Assembly (NCBI GenBank): GCA_030550395.1
Contig: JAUQPL010000010.1
Coordinates: forward strand, 12 to 64,011
Direction of reading: 5' to 3'
DNA from: Bacteroidota bacterium
GTDB lineage: Bacteria; Bacteroidota; Ignavibacteria; Kapaibacteriales; HRBIN21
Length of the DNA: 64,000 bases
Under the pieces are notes generated by a model. It had not been told where the DNA came from and ran no database searches. It was given only the letters and a program-made list of their open reading frames with translations. The translations under genes were made by a program, and so were the position numbers. Shown here in pieces: positions 20,601-30,800 of the stretch; the first letter of the stretch is position 1; each line of letters opens with the position of its first letter.

Positions 20601-20899
20601 TGCTGCTCTACTGCTAGCTCAATTGGGAGTCCATGGCAATCCCATCCCGCTTGACGCCGTACGTAGAAACCACACATTGTCTTATAGCGGCAGACAACGT
20701 CCTTGATCGTTCGCGCCAATACATGGTGAATCCCAGGCTTGCCATTCACTGTGGGCGGTCCCTCATAGAAGCGAAACCGAGGAGCATGCTGCCGCTGCTG
20801 GAGCGAACGCTCAAAGATACGCTCCCGCTCCCAAAACGCCAATACTTCCTGCTCCAACGCCGGATAGTTTACAGATTCTGGCAATGGATGCAACCACAT
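17582..20899 (-). CDS. ileS: isoleucyl-tRNA synthetase
   Basis: 1105 aa. HYGH-type (PPTVNGKPGIHHVLAR) and KMSKS motifs. Heads an ileS-dksA-lspA operon. Confidence 0.95.
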   Translation of the reverse strand: MWLHPLPESVNYPALEQEVLAFWERERIFERSLQQRQHAPRFRFYEGPPTVNGKPGIHHVLARTIKDVVCRYKTMCGFYVRRQAGWDCHGLPIELAVEQQLGIVNKRDIETQYGIERFNRACKELVWQHIEMEGGWRSLTRRMGYWIDMEHAYITCSNQYIESLWWALKQLFDRGLIYRGFKVVPQSPTIETPLSSHELALGYKEVRDPSVFLRVRILQPSRSSLAGAALLVWTTTPWTLFGNVALAVHPAITYVRVRNRYRLGEEWVEEQLVLAEERLSVLEGEYEVIERLPGAEIVGSVYEQIFADIPLDRTQYPHALTVLPADFVSTEEGTGVVHIAPAFGVEDFELGQRYGLPLLQPVTPDGHFTAEIREFAGRAIKTFRYNDRVEEGADRDIVAALRRMGKLYRATFDYVHTYPHCWRTGNPIMYYARQSWFLRSPVYKERMVELNRQIRWQPPEIGAGRFGHWLEEVKEWALSRDRYWGTPLPIWISEDGTEMFAVGSIAELMEGLYEFPDGRRVPVREAGVELDLHRPFVDRIVFVRNGKLFRRTPEVVDVWFDSGAMPFAQFHYPFENQELFAEQFPADFIAEGVDQTRGWFYTLHNLATVLFDRPAFRSVVVNELILDKHGVKMSKSKGNVVDPFAVIERYGADAVRWYLLWANPPWKPMLFNEEEIRHTVVANFLRALVNVYNFFALYARIDGFSGREPEVPVAERPEIDRWILSRMQTVLGQYREAMEEYELTRAVRLVQEFVVEEVSNWYVRRNRRRFWKGEQDREKLAAYQTLYSVLRGILLMIAPVAPFIAEVLYWRLRRMEEPPSVHLLDMPQPDPSLVDAELERRMALARRIVALVRQLRERARIRTRQPLRRILIPAVSPQQQRDIRSVETLITEEVNVKAIEFLASEADVVYWTAKPRYNVLGKRFGNRLPQIERMLAGLPQEVLRRFHETGRLRLELEGERIELGVEEVELRSRDIEGWLLASEGELTVALDTTLDEELRREGLAREFVFRIQNLRKQCGFEVTDRIRIICAAPPELQQAIEEMRDYVQRETLAESLIFAPCPAGHTVEVSGYHASVCLERLSTVESAQGGRQAWQLGSEAVGSNL

Positions 20900-20918
20900 C
20901 GTGTCGCAAGACCACTCT

Positions 20919-20926
20919 TACTTTTG
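20919..20926 (+). promoter_or_regulatory. TAnnTTTG -7 box (TACTTTTG) in the ileS/thioesterase divergent intergenic region
   Basis: Oriented toward the thioesterase gene at 21045. No convincing -33 TTG. Confidence 0.25.
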
Positions 20927-21044
20927 CTGACCAAAACCCATAGGACCTACAATTTTACCGCTTTCGCGGCACATAGTCCCATGCCCTTTGCTAAGGCGGT
21001 GGGACATGATAATTTCGCTCAGTTATCCACCGCACAGGACAGCA

Positions 21045-21491
21045 ATGGATAAAGTACCGCCGAATCCCAACTTCCGTGAAGCCATCGCTGAAGCCCTCCA
21101 AGGACAACGCCTGATGCATTACCTGGGATGTACACTCACACACATAGAGCCAGGATACGTCGTTGCTGAAGTTACCCTCCAATCCCACCACCAACAACAA
21201 CTCGGCATTGTCCACGGCGGGCTTATCGCTACTTTAGCCGATGTTGCCGCCGGTTTTGCCAGCTTTACCTTGACTCCCCCAGGGTTCCAACCAGTAACTG
21301 CTCAGCTCCAAGTGCTGTTTTTCCAACCGGCAAAAGGAGAGCGTCTTCGTGCCTTCGGTCGCGTTCAGCACGCCGGACATCGCCTCCACTTCGCCGAAGC
21401 GACAATTCTCGCCTTGAACAACGACACAGAAACCGTAATCGCACAGGCAACTTCCCTTCTATCCCTCGTTCGTCTACCACCTTCGGATTGA
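21045..21491 (+). CDS. PaaI/hotdog-fold acyl-CoA thioesterase
   Basis: LGIVHGGLIATLADVAAG hotdog thioesterase signature. Internal ATG at 21045 chosen. Confidence 0.7.
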   Translation: MDKVPPNPNFREAIAEALQGQRLMHYLGCTLTHIEPGYVVAEVTLQSHHQQQLGIVHGGLIATLADVAAGFASFTLTPPGFQPVTAQLQVLFFQPAKGERLRAFGRVQHAGHRLHFAEATILALNNDTETVIAQATSLLSLVRLPPSD

Positions 21492-21557
21492 TACCCAACG
21501 CCCCCTCTTTTCGTCTACTACAATGGCACAAGTCACCTAAACCGGGAATACCTGCCC

Positions 21558-22889
21558 ATGCCAATCAACTTTCAAAAGTTCACGCTCAAATCTCAGGAAG
21601 CTCTCCAACGGGCCCATGAACTGGCTGCTGAACTTGGAAATCAAGCAATCGATCCACTCCACCTCCTAGCAGCATTGCTGGAGGATGAGACTGGGACCAT
21701 CTCCACAATCCTCCACAAGCTGGAGATCAATATCCCTGCCCTGACCCAGAAGCTGCGGAACGAACTCAACCGTTTACCCAAAGTCACTGGAGCGACAGAA
21801 CAGCATCTTTCACGCGAGCTCATCACAGTCTTAGAGCGCGCATGGCAGGAAGCTACGGCGTTGAAGGATGAATACATCAGCACAGAGCACCTCCTCCTGG
21901 CCTTGGTAGAAGAGAACACAACGGCATCGCGTCTGCTGCGCCAATACGGTCTTTCCAAAGAAACCATCCTCCGCGTCCTGACCACTCTACGGGGGGTGCA
22001 TCGTGTTACAGACCCGATGCCGGAAGAGAAGTACCAAGCCCTCCAGCGCTACGGACGGAATCTGAACGAGGAAGCCCGCAAAGGAAAGCTTGACCCTGTT
22101 ATTGGACGGGAGGAGGAAATTCGGCGCGTCATGCAAATCCTCACTCGCCGGACGAAGAATAACCCTGTCCTCATCGGGGAGCCTGGAGTAGGGAAAACAG
22201 CTATCGTAGAAGGCCTAGCCCAACGCATCATCGCCGGCGATGTGCCTGAGCCACTCAAGACCAAAACAATCGTCGCTTTGGACCTTCCCGCCCTTGTGGC
22301 AGGCACTCAGTTTCGCGGACAATTTGAAGAACGGCTGAAAGCCGTCGTGAAGGAGGTTGTTGAATCCAACGGTGAAATCATCCTCTTCATCGATGAGCTC
22401 CACACCCTCGTCGGTGCCGGAGCAGCTCAAGGAAGCATTGATGCAGCCAATATTCTCAAGCCTCCTTTGGCTCGCGGCGAGCTTCGCTGCATTGGAGCTA
22501 CAACGTTGGATGAGTACCAAAAGTACATCGAAAAAGACCCGGCCCTCGAACGCCGATTCCAGAAGGTCTACGTTGACGAACCTAGCGTGGAGGAGACCAT
22601 CTCTATCCTGCGTGGACTTAAAGAGCGGTACGAACTACACCATGGTGTGCGGATTACTGACGCTGCAATCGTTGCTGCCGCACAGCTGTCGGCACGGTAT
22701 ATTACCGACCGCTTCCTTCCCGATAAAGCTATTGACCTCATCGACGAGGCCGCCAGCCGCCTACGTATGCAAATTGATTCCCTTCCGGAAGAGCTAGACC
22801 AATTGGAACGCCGCATCCGACAGCTAGAAATAGAACGGCAAGCCCTCTTGCGCGAGCTCAATTACCGTGGTGGCGATGGACTCGCCTAA
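21558..22889 (+). pseudogene. clpB: clpB truncated at the 3' end (N-domain, NBD1 and first part of the M-domain only)
   Basis: Canonical ClpB from MPINFQKFT.. through Walker A GEPGVGKT to M-domain motif [24 protein letters not shown]. It then diverges ([10 protein letters not shown]) and stops at codon 443. NBD2, about 420 aa, is absent. murQ begins in another frame at 22867. Confidence 0.8.
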
Positions 22890-23847
22890 CGATATCCCCT
22901 GCCCGAGCTTTCCAAACCTGCCTTCCCTCGCCGAAGAGCTAGCCTCGCTTCTGACGGAGCAGAATAACCCTGCAACTTGGGATATAGACCTTGCAGACAC
23001 TCAGCGAATCCTGGAGTTGATCAACGCCGAAGATCAAAAGGTTGCCCCTGCCGTTGCCCGAGAAATTCCCGCCATTGCTCGCGCTGTGGACCGAATTGTA
23101 GAAGCTTTCCAAAACGGTGGACGCCTCATCTACGTTGGAGCAGGCACCAGTGGACGGCTGGGAATCCTGGACGCCGCTGAATGTCCCCCTACCTTCGGCA
23201 CCTCACCTGAGTTGGTACAAGGGATTATTGCTGGTGGAGAAGCCGCTGTCTTCCGTGCCCAGGAAGGCGCCGAAGACCGTCGCCAAGACGGCGCCGCAGC
23301 AATTGCTGCACGGAATGTCTCTTCCCAAGATGTCGTCTGTGGTCTCGCTGCCTCCGCCCGAACCCCCTTCGTCATCGGAGCCCTTGAAGAAGCATACCGG
23401 CGCAATGCTACTACAATCCTGGTAACAACCAACCCCCGGGAGCAAGTCCAACGGATGGAAATCGCCCGCTATACGCACATCCTCATCTGCCCCGAAGTAG
23501 GTCCAGAAGTCATTGCGGGCTCTACTCGCATGAAATCCGCCACCGCACAAAAGCTCATCCTCACGATGCTCACCACCGCTGCCATGATCCGGCTGGGGAA
23601 AACCTACCACAACATCATGGTGGACCTTCAACCAACAAACGTGAAACTCCGTGAGCGAGCCAAACGTATCTTGATGTTGTTTGCAAACGTAGACTACACA
23701 ACCGCAGAACAGACTCTTCAGGAAGCGGGCTGGGACACCAAAGTGGCGCTCCTCATGCTCCTGGGACATCTCCCCGTAGACCAAGCAAGGGAACTCCTTG
23801 CCCAACATCACGGGCGTATCCGCGAAGCCCTCCTCCGCAGGCGGTAA
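22867..23847 (+). CDS. murQ: N-acetylmuramic acid 6-phosphate etherase
   Basis: [28 protein letters not shown] and [15 protein letters not shown]-domain motifs, near-identical to the E. coli MurQ pattern. Confidence 0.85.
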   Translation: MVAMDSPNDIPCPSFPNLPSLAEELASLLTEQNNPATWDIDLADTQRILELINAEDQKVAPAVAREIPAIARAVDRIVEAFQNGGRLIYVGAGTSGRLGILDAAECPPTFGTSPELVQGIIAGGEAAVFRAQEGAEDRRQDGAAAIAARNVSSQDVVCGLAASARTPFVIGALEEAYRRNATTILVTTNPREQVQRMEIARYTHILICPEVGPEVIAGSTRMKSATAQKLILTMLTTAAMIRLGKTYHNIMVDLQPTNVKLRERAKRILMLFANVDYTTAEQTLQEAGWDTKVALLMLLGHLPVDQARELLAQHHGRIREALLRRR

Positions 23848-23882
23848 ACCCACACCTGTCTTGCCTATCTACCGGAGGCAAT

Positions 23883-23890
23883 TATTTTTG
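23883..23890 (+). promoter_or_regulatory. TAnnTTTG -7 box (TATTTTTG) upstream of the M4 peptidase gene
   Basis: 31 nt upstream of the ATG at 23922. Followed by a GGGGAG SD. Confidence 0.4.
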
Positions 23891-23921
23891 CAACGAGTGC
23901 CAAGACCGCAGGGGAGATACT

Positions 23922-26900
23922 ATGCGTAAGCTTGCCCCCTTCACAGCCTCCCTCTTGTTGGTAACTGCTTATGCCCTGTCCCATATTCCCCAACCCTACA
24001 CCTCCGGGACAACAACGTCGCCGATTCACACTATCCGTTCTGTCGTTGAGTTCCTCCAGCATAGTACCTCCTCTCTGCAGAATGCCCCTTCCATTCCAGC
24101 CGCTCCTTTTGCTCATGAGCCTCTCCCTCTTCGCTCCTTTAATCTTGGGAGCTTCGTGCCTCGGACATTCTCCCTCTCCCACCGCCAGACCCCTTTGATA
24201 GCCTTTGCTCCGAGTGGAACTCCAAGCTGGGTGGAATTCCCGTTAGGAATCGTACGAATGTATGACCTCCTCTCACCACAGCATTCCTCTACCTCGCAAC
24301 GCGTCCCTGAAATCCCTTCTGTCCTAAATGCCCTCACACTTCACCGAGATCTCCTGCAGCTGGCCAATCCTTTCCGTGAACTCCGGTTACTTTCCTTGCA
24401 AACAGACGAGCTAGGACTTTCACACCTGCGGTTCCAACAACTCTACGAAGGTATCCCCATCTGGGGAGCGGACTTCTACGTTCACGTCCGCTCCGATGGC
24501 ACTATTGCTCTCCTGAACGGACGCTACATTCCAACGCCTGCCGGGGCTCCCACACGCCCCCGCCTAACGACAGCAGAGGCAATCCAAAAGTCCCTGGAGC
24601 ACTTGCAGCACCTCACTATTGTTGAACCTCTACCCCAAATGTTCACCCAGCTTCGGGACGAACTCTCCCAGGCAACAGCCTCTTTAGTGCTACTTCCTCA
24701 TCCGCTGAGCGGAGCAGTATACCTGTGCTACGAAGTCCAAATCATCCCGAACTTGATAGAGCACTACACCGTTCTGGTGGACGCTTTAGACGGATCCATC
24801 CGCTGGCATATCCGAAATACTTGCTCCCTGAGACCAACTGCACACACTGCTCGACATAGTGTTCCCACATCCTATCCCTTGCATTCCCCCATAACAATGC
24901 CAGGTGACTTTGTTAATGCCTCGGGAACCGATCTCAACGGCGTCCAGCGCTCCTTTCGCGTCTACCGCCACGACGACAATTTGCACTACATGATCTGGGA
25001 TTTGCCCAGCCTAGACCGATCGCGCTCACAACTTCCTACCAAGGCAAAAGGTGGCGCTATAACCCTTACAGCAAACAATAGAGACATTGACCCCCGGAAT
25101 CCCCAAGTCTATCACATCACTTCCCCTAGCACTACCTGGACCGACCCTGCGGCTGTCTCCGCCCATTACAATGCCTACCTTTGCGACACGTATTACCGAA
25201 ATACCCATGCCCGCAACTCCATAGATGGACAGGGCGGAACGATTATCTCTATTATCCACGCCACACAAGAAGGCCGGCCGATGGACAATGCTTATTGGAA
25301 TGGCGGCCTCAAAATCATGGTCTACGGCGATGGAGACCAATCGTTTACCCCCCTTGCCGGAGGACTGGATGTAGCCGCCCATGAAATGACCCACGGTGTT
25401 ACCCAGCACACAGCAAACCTGGTCTATCAATTCCAGCCAGGAGCCCTGAATGAGTCCTTTTCCGACATCTTCGCAGTCATGGTCGACCGGGATGACTTCC
25501 TCTTGGGCGAGGATATAGTGCGGAGAGAAACAGGGGCCATCGCTCTGCGCGACCTGGCTAATCCAGGAAATCCCCGTGTTCTATCACGACAACCAAGTCA
25601 CATGAACGAGTACGCTAACCTGCCCATAGAGCAGGACAACGGAGGAGTCCATATCAACAGCGGTATCCCCAACCGTGCAGCGTATCTAATCATCCAGGCT
25701 CTCGGGCGAGAAAAGGCAGAGCGCATTTACTACCGAGCGCTGACGAAATACCTGACGCGAACCTCCGAATTCATTGACTGCCGCCGCGCCGTCATCCGTG
25801 CAGCCCAGGAACTCTATGGACAAACGGAAGCCCAAGCCGCGGCCCAAGCCTTTGATGCCGTGGGAATTTACGACAGCGGTGGCGGAGGAGGAAGCGGTAA
25901 TGAAGTCCCCCCAGTCCAAGGCGGTACATGGTACATCGCCTTCATCCTCTCCGATGGACGGATTGCTCTCCTCCGGACTCAGGACGGGCAGAGTGGCATC
26001 ATAAGCCCAGACAACCCCAGTACAAAAGTGTTGCTTTCCTCAGAGGGCTTTCCCCTTTCCCAGCTGAGTACTGCTCGCAGCGGGGATAGGATTTACTTCA
26101 TCAACCAGCAGGGACAACTGGCTTTTGCGGACTTGACTCAGCAGCGCTTCTTCGTCGTTTCCCTACCCCAACTTTCTAATCTGCGCAATGTCTGTATCAG
26201 CACCGATGGAAGGTTTGCTTCTCTCCTGACCGCCATCATAGAGCCCTCTATTTACATCACTGATGGACAACAGGTAGCTCGCCTTCCTCTCACTCCCCAA
26301 GTGCCCGATGGCGGGGCGGTAAACACAATATGGCTTGCCGACGTTATGTCCTGGACGCCAAACATGCGCGATCCCCGATTAGCCTTCGATGCCTATAACG
26401 TCCTGCCCCTCCGAACCGGGGACACGCTGGAATACTGGAACATCTACGAATGTCGGTTTGCTGGACCAGCAATTTATGAACTAGTTCCCCCACGTCCCGA
26501 AGAATTCAGCCTGGGGAATATCGCCTACAGTAACACCGACCCGGACCTTGTTGTTTTCAATTACTTCAGCCATCAGACGGGGATTTACGAAACTGTGATA
26601 GCAAACTTCCAGGCCGGACAAGCCGTGGCACTAGGAACATCTCAGTGGACATATAGCGGGCAACCACTGCTAGATGTCCAGCGCCCGACTTTCTCGCCGG
26701 ACAACCGCTTCTTGGCCATGGTTTCTCCAAGCACTGGCTTGCTTCTGGTTGCAGATCTTCAACAAGGGCAGGTTGGAGCTTTGGAAGTAGGACAGCCTGT
26801 CTATCACCCTCGGTGGTTTGCCATAGGAGCTACTGGAGTTGCTTCGGCCCAGGAAAGGGAAGATCAACTAGTGGTGTACGTCTCTGCTCCCAATGAACTC

Positions 26901-27116
26901 TTCGTCCGGTATTATCTCCCCGAGGCCGCACCTATCGGCTTAGAGATTCTGGATCTGCTGGGACGTCCATGTTGGACACTTCAATCTTCCCAATGGCAAC
27001 CGGCGGGCTGGCACGAGCTCCGTCTCCATAGGCCCTCTCTCGCACCGGGACTCTACGCCGTCCAGCTCCGCCGAGGGCAGCACGTCCGAGTTCGCTCCTT
27101 CTTGTGGCTGCGTTGA
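23922..27116 (+). CDS. secreted M4 (thermolysin-family) metallopeptidase with beta-propeller-like region and T9SS C-terminal domain
   Basis: Signal peptide. HEMTHGVTQ (HExxH) then NESFSDIF (E...D), matching M4. C-terminal tail LEILDLLGRP...LYAVQLRRGQHVRVRSFLWLR. Confidence 0.8.
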   Translation: MRKLAPFTASLLLVTAYALSHIPQPYTSGTTTSPIHTIRSVVEFLQHSTSSLQNAPSIPAAPFAHEPLPLRSFNLGSFVPRTFSLSHRQTPLIAFAPSGTPSWVEFPLGIVRMYDLLSPQHSSTSQRVPEIPSVLNALTLHRDLLQLANPFRELRLLSLQTDELGLSHLRFQQLYEGIPIWGADFYVHVRSDGTIALLNGRYIPTPAGAPTRPRLTTAEAIQKSLEHLQHLTIVEPLPQMFTQLRDELSQATASLVLLPHPLSGAVYLCYEVQIIPNLIEHYTVLVDALDGSIRWHIRNTCSLRPTAHTARHSVPTSYPLHSPITMPGDFVNASGTDLNGVQRSFRVYRHDDNLHYMIWDLPSLDRSRSQLPTKAKGGAITLTANNRDIDPRNPQVYHITSPSTTWTDPAAVSAHYNAYLCDTYYRNTHARNSIDGQGGTIISIIHATQEGRPMDNAYWNGGLKIMVYGDGDQSFTPLAGGLDVAAHEMTHGVTQHTANLVYQFQPGALNESFSDIFAVMVDRDDFLLGEDIVRRETGAIALRDLANPGNPRVLSRQPSHMNEYANLPIEQDNGGVHINSGIPNRAAYLIIQALGREKAERIYYRALTKYLTRTSEFIDCRRAVIRAAQELYGQTEAQAAAQAFDAVGIYDSGGGGGSGNEVPPVQGGTWYIAFILSDGRIALLRTQDGQSGIISPDNPSTKVLLSSEGFPLSQLSTARSGDRIYFINQQGQLAFADLTQQRFFVVSLPQLSNLRNVCISTDGRFASLLTAIIEPSIYITDGQQVARLPLTPQVPDGGAVNTIWLADVMSWTPNMRDPRLAFDAYNVLPLRTGDTLEYWNIYECRFAGPAIYELVPPRPEEFSLGNIAYSNTDPDLVVFNYFSHQTGIYETVIANFQAGQAVALGTSQWTYSGQPLLDVQRPTFSPDNRFLAMVSPSTGLLLVADLQQGQVGALEVGQPVYHPRWFAIGATGVASAQEREDQLVVYVSAPNELFVRYYLPEAAPIGLEILDLLGRPCWTLQSSQWQPAGWHELRLHRPSLAPGLYAVQLRRGQHVRVRSFLWLR

Positions 27117-27119
27117 TCG

Positions 27120-27806
27120 GTGCCTACAAGGGTTTTGGGCATAGAGACCTCTGGTGACCCGCTGAGTGTTGCCCTGGTGGAAGACGGGCAACTTCAGGGT
27201 TTTTTCCTGTTGGGTGAGCCTCGTGTGCATGACCGCGCGGCAGCAGAGCTGGTACGTCGCCTCCTAGAGGACTGTGGTCTGGAGCTATCCCAGCTTGATG
27301 CTGTTGCCCTTTCTGCTGGTCCGGGCTCATTTACGGGTTTACGCATTGGTGCCAGTCTGGCCAAAGGCCTTTGCTTTGAAGCTCCTCCTGCCTTCGTTGC
27401 CGTCCCCACATTAGAGGCCCTGGCAGAAGCAGCCGTCCCCGCTGCTCATCTGGCTGGTGCCCGGTGCATCATGGCATGCGTTCCTTCCCACATCACACAG
27501 AAAGACCAAGGAATTGAAGGATGGCTCTTCATCCAACGCTTCTCCCCCACCGGTATACCGGAAAGCAACATAGAACGGCGTCCTTTAGACGACATCCCGG
27601 CCGATTCCCACACCCTCCTCTGTGGTCCTGGAGCTCCTTGGGTTCCTCAGGGTCTTCACCTCCCAATATTAGAACGCCTCTCAGCCGAGTGGATCGCCCT
27701 TGCAGGCTTCTACCGCTACCTCCGCGGTATGGTCACCTCCGTAGAGGAGTTCACCCCCTTGTACGGCATGGAATTTCAACCCCGAACGCGGGGAAACCAA
27801 TTATGA
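27120..27806 (+). CDS. tsaB: tRNA threonylcarbamoyladenosine biosynthesis protein TsaB (YeaZ)
   Basis: VLGIETSGDPLSVAL and GPGSFTGLRIG motifs. GTG start at 27120. Confidence 0.7.
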   Translation: MPTRVLGIETSGDPLSVALVEDGQLQGFFLLGEPRVHDRAAAELVRRLLEDCGLELSQLDAVALSAGPGSFTGLRIGASLAKGLCFEAPPAFVAVPTLEALAEAAVPAAHLAGARCIMACVPSHITQKDQGIEGWLFIQRFSPTGIPESNIERRPLDDIPADSHTLLCGPGAPWVPQGLHLPILERLSAEWIALAGFYRYLRGMVTSVEEFTPLYGMEFQPRTRGNQL

Positions 27807-30800
27807 ACCCGACGCCAGCGCCGCAATAGCTCCCCCCGAGCTACTCCATAATAGAGCGTCGGCAGCACGATGAGGGTTAAAAACGTGGCAAAGATTAGCC
27901 CGTAAATAATCGCCCACGCCAGGGGCTCCCAAAACGCCGCGCTGAACCCTCCGAAATACAGCTTTGGGTCAAAGCGAGTCAGGAGGCTCCCAAAGTCCAT
28001 GTTCAACCCAACAGCTAAAGGAAGGAGCCCCAAAATTGTGGAGACGGCTGTCAGCACGACCGGGGTTACCCTCGTCGCTCCGCCCCAGACAACCGCCCGA
28101 CGGAGCGCAAGCCCTCTTTGCCGCAAAAGGTCAATGTAATCAACCAGCACAACCCCATTGCGGACGACAATCCCTGCCAAGCTTACTACTCCAATCCCGG
28201 TCAACGCAATGGAAATGGTCAATCCACTCAGCAAAAAGCCCCACAGTACTCCGATGGTGCTGAACAACACGGTGCTCAACACCAACAGAGGCTTCGTCAC
28301 AGAGCCAAATTCCGTTACCAAAATCAGTGCGATCAGCGCCACGGTTACCAGGAAAGCAGTCTGGAGAAACTCTACTGTCTTCCGCTGTTCTTCCTGCTCG
28401 CCAGTTAAGCGAATCGTATAACCCGGGGGCAACGACAGCCGCGATAGAGCTCTTTGGATCTGAGCGTTGATAAGCGGCGCACTGTATCCGGGTAAGACGT
28501 TGGCACTGAGTGTAACGACCCGCTCCTGGTTGATCCGGTTGATGGAGCCATAGGTTGTCGTGTACGTGGCCGTGGTAACCGCCGAAACGGGCACTATGCG
28601 GAACTGCCCCGTTGCCATATCCCGGAAAGCCACCGGCACATTGAGCAAATCCTGCAATCGCTCCCGATAGGGCGACATCAAGCGGACCTGAATAGGATAT
28701 TCCTCCTTGGCTGTTCGGAACTTAGAGGCTTCAACACCATAGAGAGCTGCCCGGAGCGCTCCACCAATCTGACCCGTGGTTAGCCCCTCGCGGGTAGCCT
28801 TCGCCCGGTTTACAGAAATCAGCACCTCTGGCTTTGTCTGCTGAAGATCTGTTCGCATCCCTTCAATGCCAGCAATCTGGAGCGTGTCCATCAACAAGGA
28901 ACGGACCCGCTCGGCTAAATTCCGTAAAGTGTCTAAATCATCCCCGGCAATTTCAATGTTGACCGCTCGACCAGTCGGCGGACCAGCTTGGTCTTTATCC
29001 ACCACGATTTGGGCACCTGGTAAATCCGCCACTGCCCGGCGAATGGCTTCCAGATATCCCCACGTAGAAATCCCTTTACGGTGCTCCTGATCTACAAAAG
29101 CAACGGTCAGACGCCCCTGGTGAGGAGTTACTCCAAAACTGATGCGGAATGGATCTCCGGCCGCAACCCCCACATTCACACTGATAGAACTCACCACTGG
29201 ATTGTTCTCCCCCAACACAGAATAGACCCGCTCTTCCACAACCCGCATGAGAGAATCTGTCACTGCTGCATCCGTCCCCACCGGCAACGTCACGTAGACA
29301 TACACGAAGTTGGGCTCTGGGTTAGTGAAGAAGATGACCTTCGGACGCACAACGCCCACCAATCCAATAGTCAGTACAAACAGGACAGCAATTCCCCCAA
29401 CGAGCATCCACGGCCGGGGACCTCGCAGAATCCAAAATCCAATACGACGATAGAGCTGGAGAATAGCAGGCCAAATCTTTCGTTGGAAAGGCTCAATGAT
29501 GAAAGGGGTAAACACAAGCCGGTTGAAAACCCAAAGCACGGCAATCACCCATGTAACCGTCGCTGCCCCGCTGAAGAAATCTATCCGACTCCATGCTCCA
29601 AGGAGATAGCCCAATGCCGAGAGAGCAAAGAGTAGTCCCATTCGGGTGATGATTTCCCGTTTCGTCATCGGTTGCGGCTGCCGCGGCATGAAGTATAACG
29701 CAAAGACGGGATTGAAGACGTAGGCTACCAGAAACGATGCCGATAACGTTGCAATGAGCACCACCGGCAAGTAGAAGAGGAACTCACCAACAACCCCAGG
29801 CCAGAAGAGGAGGGGAACAAAAGGCGCCAGAGTCGTCAAAGTCCCCGCTAAAACCGGTGCAAAGACTTCTCCCGCCCCTTGCTTGACCGCCGTCACGATA
29901 TCCAGCCCCTCCCGCCGGTAGAGCCGATAGGTGTTTTCTACGACAACGATCGCATCGTCCACAATAATCCCCAATGCCAAGAGGAAAGCAAACGTGACCA
30001 CAATGTTAAACGTAAAGCCTATGAATGGGAAGGCTAACATCGCCAGGAACGACGCCAAAGGGGTGGCTAACCCCACAAAGAGAGCATTCTGCACCCCCAT
30101 GAAGAACATTAAAGAGACAACCACGAAGAGAAAGCCTAAGATGATGGCATTGGTCAAATCGGCTAAAGTTGTGCGGCTCCGCACCGACTGGTCATTCGTA
30201 ATGACAAACTGCACAGACGGTGAGCCAACCTGGCGCTGGAACTTCTCCACGATCTGATAAATCTGGTCAGCTGCCTCTAATAGATTTTCGCCCGCCTTCT
30301 TTACCACACTGAGCGTAACAACGGGTCGGCGATTCAACCGTGCGTAGCTCTGCTGTTCTTTGAAATCTTCCACAACCGTGGCAATATCGCCCAGGCGCAC
30401 TACATTCCCCGTCCCGCTACGGACGAGGATGTTGGCTATCTCCGCCGGAGTCTGGAATTCCGCAGTAAGGCGGACATTCAAGCGCAGCCCCCCTGCTGAG
30501 ACTTCTCCAGCAGAGGTGTTGAGATTCTCCCGACGAATTGCCTGCTCTACATCACTCAGGCCGAGTCCAAAAGCCCACAGCCGATACGGGTCAACATCCA
30601 CCCGTATCTCCCGCTCCGGCAACCCCACGATATCTACCCGGCGAATCTGCGGTAGCGCTTCAATTCGGTCACGCAACTCCTCGGCATACTCTTTCAGCCG
30701 CTCTAACGGGACATCCCCCGCAATGCTTACCTGCATGATGGGAAATTCGGAGAAATCAGTCTCCAGAATGCGAGGGTCTTCAGGCAAATCAGTGGGCAAC

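Noticed and set aside
25861-25905. GGTGGCGGAGGAGGAAGCGG purine-rich repeat
   Set aside because: It encodes a Gly/Ser linker (SGGGGGSGNE) between the M4 catalytic domain and the beta-propeller region. It is a protein-level linker, not a DNA repeat element.
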